Positions 41,422-64,000 of a stretch of 64,000 bases of DNA are shown here, piece by piece. The stretch lies in the NCBI RefSeq assembly GCF_009914755.1, contig NC_060928.1; one strand, written 5' to 3'. Position 1 is the stretch's first letter, and each line of letters opens with the position of its first letter. The notes under the pieces are model-generated. The model ran no database searches and was not told the origin of the DNA. It was given only the letters and a program-made list of their open reading frames with translations. The position numbers and the translations under genes are program-made. This stretch comes from the human T2T-CHM13v2.0 reference genome, Homo sapiens.

Positions 41422-41588
41422 ATATAATATATTCTCCCCTGCCCTCAAGAAGGTACTTTGTAATATTCTCCCCCCCACCCCCCTGCCCTTAAGAAGGTAC
41501 TTTGTAATATTCTACCCCCCCAGCCTGCCCTTAAGAAGGTACTTTGTAATATTCTACCCCCCCAGCCTGCCCTTAAGAAGGTACTTTG
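41422..41588 (+). repeat. Four ~39-44-bp tandem repeats in HERV-H U3
   Basis: TAATATTCT(C/A)CCCC...CTGCCCT(C/T)AAGAAGGTACTTTG x4; the last two are identical 42-mers; TATA-like CCTATAA follows at ~41605. Confidence 0.9.
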
Positions 41589-43354
41589 TACGCCTATCCC
41601 AAACCTATAAGAACTAGTGATAATCCCACCACCCTTTGCTGACTCTCTTTTCGGACTCAGCCCGCCTGCACCCAGGTGAAATAAACAGCCTTGTTGCTCA
41701 CACACACATACACAAAATAAAACATTAAAAAAAAATCTTTATTTCTTAAGAGCAGTTTTAGGTTCATAGCAAAATTGAGCAGAAAGTAAAGCATCTCATA
41801 TACTCACTGTTCCTCCTTTGCCCTCCAGAGCCATCCCTACTATCAGCATTTACCTCCATACTTGGTACATTTGTTGCAATTAATGAACCTACATCAACAT
41901 ATTACCCAAAGCCCATGGTTTACATTAGGGTTCATTCTTGGTGTTATACATTCAGTGTGTTTAGACAAACGTATATTTATCTGCCATTGTTTTTACTGCC
42001 CTAAAAATCCCCGTTTCTGCCTGTTCATCCCTATCATCCCTGCCAAGTAATCATTTTACTATATTCATAGTTTTGCATTTTCTAGAATGTCATATACTTG
42101 GAATCATATAGTATGTAGCCTTTTCATATTGGCTTCATTCACTTTTCACTTAGTAATATGTATTTTTAAGTTTCCTCCATGTCTTTTCATGGCTTTATCA
42201 CTCATTTATTTTTAGTGCTGAATAATATTCCATCACCTGATGTAAAACAGTTTACCCACTAACCTACTGCAGGATGTTTTGATTGTTCTGAGGTTTTGGC
42301 AATTATGAATAAAGCTCCTATAAACATCCATGTGCAGGTTTTTATGTGGACTAAGTTTTCAGCTTCTTTGGGTAAATATCAAGGAGAGCAGTTGCAGGAT
42401 TGCATGGTAAGAATATATTCAATTTTATAAGAAATGGTCAAATGGTATTTGAAAGTGGATATGTGCCATTTTGTATTCCCACCAGCAATGAAAGAGTACC
42501 CATTGTTTCACACCCACTTCAGCATTTGGTGTTGTTATTGTTTTGGAGTTTGGTCACTCTTGTAGATCTGTAGTGGTATCTTGTTTTAATTTTGATTCCC
42601 TAATGACATGATGTTGAACATCTTTTCACATACTTACTTACCATCTGTATATCTTCTTTGGTGAGGTTCTGTTTGTGTTTTGGGGCTCATTTTCTTATTG
42701 TTGAGTTATGAGTTCTTTGTATGTTTTGGATGACAGTCCTTTTTCATGTCTCTTGGAAGTATTTTTTTCCCAGTCTGTGACTTGTCTTACTCCATTGGCA
42801 TTGTCTTTCATAGAGCACAAGTGTTTTATTTTAATGAAGTCCAGTTTTATCAGTTATTTCTTTCATGGATAGTGCCTTTGATGTTGTAGCTAAAAAGTCA
42901 TTGTTTTGCCAAAGGTCATCTAGTTATCTTCTAGGAATTTTATAGTTTTGCATTTTAAATTTAGGTCTATTATTTATTTTGAGTTAATTTTTTATGAAAG
43001 GTGTAAGGTCTGTGTCTTGGTTTATGTCTTTGCATGTGGATGTCTACAAAGATGGTTGACCATTCAACAATCTTTGTTGAAAAGATTGTCTTTTCTCCAC
43101 TGTATTACTTTTGCTCCTTTGTTGAAGATCAGTTGACTATATTTATGTAGGTCTATTTCTGAGCTTTCTACTCTGTTCCATTGGCCTGTTTACCAGTTCT
43201 TTTGCCAATACCACACTGTCTTCATTACCGTTGCTTTATAATAAATCTTGAAGTCAGATAGAGTCAGTCCTACAACTTTGTTCTTCTTTAACATTGAGTT
43301 GGCCATTCTGAGTCCTCTGCCTTTCCATATAAACCTAATTTTTATTTTTTATTA

Positions 43355-43717
<363 letters not shown>

Positions 43718-44461
43718 TGAATTTGTAGATCAAGTTATGGAGAACTGAACATCTTGACAATGTTGATTCTTCCTATTTATAAACACAGAACATCTCTCCA
43801 TTTAGTTGTCATCTTTCATCAAAGTTTCATAGTTTACTTCATATAGATCTTGTAAATGTGTTGTAAGAGTTAAAGCTAAGTATTTCATTTTTAGGAGTGG
43901 TAATGTAAATGGTAATGTTTTTATTTCAAAATCTACCTCTTTATTGCTGGTTTATAGGAAAGCAATTGATGTTGGAAATTAACTTTGTATCCTGCCACTT
44001 CGCTATTATCACTTATTAGTTTCAGGAGTTTTTTTGTGATTATTTCAGATTTTCTACATAGACTGTCATCTATGAAGGGAGAGAATTGTATATATTTCTT
44101 CCTGTCCAATCTGTATACCTTTTATTTCCTTTTCTTGTCTTATTACATTAGCTAGAACTTCCAGTATGATTCTGAAGAGCAGTGGTGAGAGTAGACATCC
44201 TTGCCTTCTTTCTAATCTTAGTGGTAGAATTTCGGGTTCTTCACCATTAATATAATGTTAGCTGTAGGCTTTTAGTAGATATTCTTTTCAAGGTGGGGAA
44301 ATTGCCCCTCTATTCCTAGTTTGCTGAGTTTTTATCATGAATGATTTTTTGATTTTGTTAATGCTTTTTCAGTATCAATGTGATTTTGATTTTTTTCTTT
44401 AGCCTGCTATTGTGATGGATTACATTAATTGATTTTTGAATGTTAAGCCAGGCTTGCATAC

Positions 44462-45160
<699 letters not shown>

Positions 45161-45647
45161 CATACCTAGGATAAATTCCACTTGATAATACTGTATAATT
45201 CTTTCCATATATTGTTGGATTCAATTTGCTAATATATTACTGAGGATTTTTGCATTTATGTTCATAAAAGCTGTTGGTCTGTAGTTTTCTTGTAATGTCT
45301 TTGGTTTTGGTATTGGGATAATGCTGGCTGCATAGAATGGGTCAGGAAATATTCTGCTTGTAGGAATTGGTGTAGTTTCTTCCTTAAATATTTAGCAGAA
45401 TTAACCAACACAACAATATGGGCCTATTGACTTCTGTTTTGGAAGGTTATTAATTATTGATCCAATTTCTTTAAAAGATACAGACATTCAGATTGCCTAT
45501 TTCTTCTGTGAGTTTTGGCAGATTGTGCTTTTTAAGGAGTTGATTCTTTCACTTTGTTTATTAAATTTGTGGGCCTAGAGTTGTTTATAATATTCCTTTA
45601 TTAACTTTTTAATGTCTATGGGAGCTGTAGTTGTGTCCCTTCTTGCT

Positions 45648-46022
<375 letters not shown>

Positions 46023-46317
46023 TGATCTTTTCAAAGACCTACCTTTTTGTGTGACTGATTTTTCTTTATTGATTTCCTATTTTCTATTTCTGATTTGTGC
46101 TCTAATTTTGATTATTCCTTTTCTTATGTTTATTTTGGATTTAATTTGTTCTGTTCTTATTTCCTGTGGTAAAAACAAAGATTATTGATTTTAGATCTTA
46201 TTTTCTAATATACACATTCAATGCTATAAATTGCAGTCTGAGTACTGCTTTCACTACATCTTATTTTAAAATTTATTTTTATTTACTTCAAAATATTTTA
46301 AAATGTCTCTTGAGAGG

Positions 46318-46669
<352 letters not shown>

Positions 46670-46864
46670 TAATTGGGACTTTCCAGCCATCTTTCTGTAG
46701 TTGATTTCTAGTTGAATTTCCTTGTCTGAGAGCAAACATTGTATGATTTCTATTCTTTTCAATGCGTTAAGGTGTGCTTTATGGTGCAGAATGTAGTCTA
46801 TCCTGGGGAATGTTTTATATGAGCTTGAGAAGAATGTGTACTGTGCTGCTGTTGGATGAAGTAA

Positions 46865-47239
<375 letters not shown>

Positions 47240-47467
47240 TCCTTACTGAATTTTTTGCTTGCTGGATCTGTCTGTCTAATACTGATGGAGGGGTATTAAA
47301 ATCTCCAATGATAATACTGGACACAACATATAGTTGGGTCTTGTTTTTATCCACTCTGACAACCCCTGTCTTTTAATTGGTGTGTTTAGACCATTGATGT
47401 TTAAGGTGATTTTTAAGTATATTTGGATTAATATATAACCATATTTGTTATTAAAAAATGGTGCGAA

Positions 47468-47854
<387 letters not shown>

Positions 47855-48508
47855 TCATCTTATACTATATACAAAAATCAACCCAAAATGGATTAAAGAC
47901 TTAAACTTAAGGCCTGAAACTATAAAACTCCAAGAAGAAAACATAGGGAAATCTCCATGACATTGTTCTGAGCAATGATTTTTTGGATTTGACCCCAAAA
48001 GCTCAGACAGCAAGAGCAAAGATAGACTCATGTGATTACATCAAACTAAAAAGCTTCAGCACAGCAAAGGAAACAACTGAATGAAGAGACAACCTACATA
48101 TTGGGAGAAAATAGTTGCAGTTTATACTAATACATCTAATGAGGGAGCGGTTAATATCCAAAATACATGAGAAACTCAAACAATAAAAAGAAAACAATCT
48201 GATTAAAACATGGTCAAAGGACCTGAGCAGACATTTCTCCAAAGAAGGCACACAAATGGCCAACAGATATATATGAAAAATTGTTCAGCATCACTTATCA
48301 TTAGGGAAATGGAAATTATAACCACACTGACATATCATCTCACACCTGTCAGAATGGCTGTTATCAAAAAGATGAAAGACTACATGTGCTGGTGAAGATG
48401 TGGAGAAGGGAGAACCTTTGTAAACGGTTGATGGGAATGTAAATTAATACAGCCATTATGTAAAATTATGGGGTTTCCTCAGAATACTAAAAATAGAATT
48501 ACTACATG

Positions 48509-54446
<5,938 letters not shown>

Positions 54447-54555
54447 AGAATTACTACATGTTCCAGCAATCCCACTTCTGGGTATATATCGAAAGGATTT
54501 GAAGTCAGTATATTGAAGAGATATCTGCACTCCCATGTTCATTGCAGCAGTATTC

Positions 54556-54589
54556 ACACTTGATCTTAGCCAAAAGGCCAAGAAGTAAT
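54556..54589 (-). pseudogene. U2 snRNA 5' fragment (nt ~1-34)
   Basis: Minus strand ATTACTTCTTGGCCTTTTGGCTAAGATCAAGTGT versus U2 ATCGCTTCTCGGCCTTTTGGCTAAGATCAAGTGT; differences only at CpGs. Confidence 0.9.
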
Positions 54590-56028
54590 ATTGAGTAAAG
54601 AAAACGTGGCATATACACACAATTGAATACTATGTAGCCTTTAAAAAGAAGGAAATTCTGGCTGGGCTGGGTGGCTCATGCCTGTAATCCTAGCACTTTG
54701 GGAGGCCGAGGCAGGTGGATCACCTGAGGTCAGGAGTTCGAGACCAGCCTGACCAACATGGAGAAACCCCATCTCTACTAAAAAGATAACAATTAGCCGG
54801 GCATGGCGGTACATGCCTGTGATCCCAGCTACTCAGGAGGCTGAGGCAGGAGAATCACTTGAATCCAGGAGGCAGAGGTTGCAGTGAGCTGAGATCACGC
54901 CACTGCACTCCAGTCTGGGCAACAGTGTAAGACTCCATCTCAAAAAATAAATAAAAATAAAAAATAATAAAAATAAAAAGGAGGAAATTCTGTCATTTGC
55001 GACAATATGTTTGGATCTGGAATAACTTAGGCACAGAAGGACAAAGACCACATAATCTCACTTATATGTGGCATCTAAAACAATCAAACTCATAGAAGCA
55101 GAGGGTAGAATGGTGATTACCAGAGGCTGAGGAGGTGGGGGATGAGAAGATGTTGGTCAAAGAGTACAAAGTTTCAGTGAGACAACAGGAATAAGTTCTT
55201 TGAGATATATTGCATAGCATGGTGACTATAGTTAATAATAATGTATATTTCAAAATTACTGAGTAAATTTCAAATGTTCTCATCACAAAAAATGTGTGAT
55301 GGATATGTTAATTAGATTAATATGTTAATTAATTTGATCATTTCACATTTGATACATATAACATCACTTTGTAGCCCCCTAAATATATAAAATAATAAAA
55401 AATAAATAAAATATTAATTTAGTGGGGAAAAAAATCAGTAATTATAGCCACTTGCCACATGAGGTCATTATACACTTGATTCTTTATTGTGCTCTGGCTA
55501 TAATCTAAGCATCATTATTTGGATGGTGAGTGGTTGGAAAAAAATAGTAGCTGATGAGAGGTTTCTTGCACTACCAGACTAACAGTATTATTGATTAATA
55601 AATATTTCATTGAGTGAGATTTTATGCGTACAGATTCAGGGGGACAAATAAAATGAGCTGTTGGATTAAATACAGGCAATGAAAACTGCAGAACTTTTAG
55701 AATTACTTTAATATAAGAAAATCTGCTATACAACTCCCAGCTGCTTCTTTTGGTATTAGATTGAAGAATATCAATTGTTGGTTATTTAAGGGATAGTACT
55801 AGGTTAGGTAATTATGCTTAACAGGTTTCCAGGAAATTTAATGTTTTAATTTTCACTCAGACCAAATATTAATGGCTGTCTTCCAAGACTGTTTACCATT
55901 TACTTAGTAATAATGTACACAGAGAAGCTTATAGCTATTTTTACTATTCTATGGAACTACCCGGAACTTGGACAGATGATATAGAAAGTGATTCAGTAAC
56001 AGAGGTAGGTGAAACCTATCGTTCTGAG

Positions 56029-56323
56029 ATTTTCTTTTTTTCAGACACCATCTTGTTCTGTTGCCCAACCTAGAGTGCAGTGGTGCAATCATGGCTCACT
56101 GCAGCCTCAACCCTCAGGCTCAGTCAATCCTCCCGCCTCAGCCTCTTGAGTAACTGGGACTACAGGTGCATGCCACCACACCCAGCTATTTTTTTTTTTT
56201 TTCTGTAGAGATAGGGTTTCACTATGTTGCCCAGGCTGGACTTGAACTCCTGGGCTCACATAATCTGCTGGCTTTGGCCTCCCAAAGTGCTGGAATTACA
56301 TGTGTGAGCCACTGTGTCAGACC
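56029..56323 (-). mobile_element. AluJ
   Basis: Antisense Alu; TSD TAT(C/-)(G/-)TTCTGA-like. Confidence 0.85.
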
Positions 56324-56736
56324 TATATTCTGAAACCTTTTAATGTTCTTTGGTGTCACTTCAAAATGTTGGTAGTAATGCTGCCTTTTTGTAATATTGA
56401 ATATATTTGTGAGTGTGCATGTGCGCACATTATTTTTTATTGTTTTTACTGTTATTCTCTGTTTATTAAGATTTAGCCAAAGGTAAAGCACCTCTTAAAG
56501 TTGCAATTTTGTCACTGCCGTTACTGTCAGTGACAGCGGAATCGCTTTGTGTTGAAAGAGTAAATATGGAAATTGGCTAATGTTATAAAACAATTTACAC
56601 TCTGCTTGGCTCACCAACACTATTTTGATATGTTATACAATACTATCAAAGCGAGTATTGGCTTGGGAACCGAATTGTCAATATGGCGTGTTATTTTGCT
56701 GTTGGTTGACATGAACTCATTGCTAGATTGGTATAT

Positions 56737-57113
56737 TGACTTAGTCCATTTTGTGCTGCTTAACCAGAATACCACAGAAGCAGGTAATTTATAAAGAACA
56801 GAAATTTATTTCCTCCCTGTTTTAGAAGCTGGGAAGGCTAAGATAAAGGCATTTGCAGGTTTGGTGTCAAGGACTTCCAAGATGGTGCCTTGAACTCCAT
56901 GTCCTCTAGAAGGGAGAAACTTCCTCACCTGGCAGAAGAGTGGAAGAGAGCAAACCCACTCCCTCCAGCCCTTTTTAGTAAGGCTCTAACCCATGAGGCT
57001 CCGCCCTTATTACCTAAACACCTCCTGGTGGGCCCACCTCCCAACACTGTTGCATTGGGGATTAAGTTTCAACATGAGTTTTGAAAGGAACAAAAACATT
57101 AAAAAACCATAGC
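56737..57113 (-). mobile_element. MaLR LTR (MST/MLT1A-like)
   Basis: TTAGTCCATTTTGTGCTGCT...GGGGATTAAGTTTCAACATGAG...ACCATAGCA. Confidence 0.75.
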
Positions 57114-58243
57114 ATAAATGAAATAAGCTTGTAGAGTATGGCAAATAACTTTAAGCAAAACGACCTTAAACTGCCAATTGAATATTGTCCTCTTTAGAAT
57201 AGTTACTTTCAGAGACTGTATGTTTATTCCAAAGACTACCATTATTCAAAACACTCTTGGATCTGAGTTTGGAGTCTGGGTCATATATTCTAAAAATGTG
57301 GTTCAGGTTTTTCGTGTGTGTGTTACTGGATATGGTTTTTTAAATGGCCATAAATCATTTAGTGACAAGTATAGTGAATAAGATGGGTAGTCAAACTTGA
57401 AAAAAGCAGGTTATTAAAAAAAGATAGCAATAAGGCAGTCAGACCTACTTTCTTGTTCATTTATAAAGTATGTCTGAAGGAAATTCATGGTTTTTTATTA
57501 AATCGAATGTTTTTGACTAACAGCAGACCCTAAACTAAGTACTTACACAGTATAAATAACTTCTTTGTATGGTTACTTTGAAGGCAATACTAAGCATAGA
57601 AGATTCCAGTATAGTTTAAAAAATTATGTCCTATTATGTTTACATGTGGTATATAGCAACTGTCATTGTTGATAGAATTTATCTTCAAAATTTTTAACTT
57701 CTTGGAGGCAGTAATAATTAAGAACACAGGTTCCTAAGCCAGAATGCTGGCTATAAATCCTGGCCCTGCTCCTTACTGTCTAACCTTGGGCAAGTCATTA
57801 TAACCTTGGGCAAGTAATGTATTCCAATTTTTTTTTGTCTATAAGAGAGTCATAAACAATAGTACCTACCTATAAAATGGTGCCATTTCGATGAGCGCAG
57901 CAGTGCTTGATAAATGTTAGCCATTACTATTAGTATCATTATTTTACTCAATGTCTTTGTTGATGAAAATATCTAGATAATTGGTGTTTGTGCAGTTACT
58001 AAAAAGAATGAATAAGCTAGAACTATTATAAGATATCCACTGTATTTTTTAAGTGGAAGTAGTTATAATATGACCCCATTTCTTTCTTTATAAAAAGTAT
58101 GTAGGGCATATGTGCAGAAAGAGATTCACCAAACTGTTTATTGTGGTTACCTCTGGGGAGTGGGATTGGAATGGTGGTTGAGATTCTTGGGAGAATGTCT
58201 TTGATATAAATATTAAACATTAGGCAATTCATTTAATGTTAAA

Positions 58244-64000
<5,757 letters not shown>

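Larger units (their letters stand above)
36236..41735 (+). mobile_element. HERV-H (LTR7 family, deleted-env type) with structure R-U5-PBS-gag-pro-pol-env remnant-PPT-U3-R-A-rich tail
   Basis: His-type PBS TGGTGCC at 36348, splice donor GGTAAG at 36488, degenerate gag zinc knuckles, pol fragments, env ISD LQNRRGLNLFTAEKGGLC, 3' LTR starting TGTCAGGCCTCTGAGCCC at 41267. Confidence 0.95.

Noticed and set aside
41422-41588. Regular ~42-bp repeats resembling a CRISPR array
   Set aside because: No unique spacers; these are the known tandem repeats of the HERV-H LTR U3.

Overview
Human genomic DNA; human-specific AluYb8/9 and AluYa5 copies are present. The window carries exons 2-7 and the 3' UTR of deoxycytidine kinase (DCK) on the + strand, with exon 1 upstream of the window. 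The spliced exons give an intact frame from the P-loop (AAGKST) to the stop. The rest is mostly transposable elements: four large L1PA elements of different ages, older L1M fragments, about 25 Alus, MaLR LTRs, DNA-transposon fossils and a 5.5-kb HERV-H. The most notable structures are: (1) the HERV-H has the form R-U5-internal-U3-R-A-tail, so it looks like an L1-retroposed mRNA copy rather than a provirus, and it carries a recent 314-bp tandem duplication; (2) a candidate poison cassette exon in DCK intron 2, next to a tight inverted Alu pair; (3) a stop-free 549-nt exon 3-6 block bracketed by inverted Alus; (4) a degraded, unexplained gag-like coding remnant next to a strong CTCF motif; (5) two tiny RNA-derived inserts, a polyadenylated MER41-type LTR end and a U2 snRNA 5' fragment; (6) L1s from before and after the ZNF93-escape deletion. 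Subfamily names come from recalled consensus diagnostics, not from a search.
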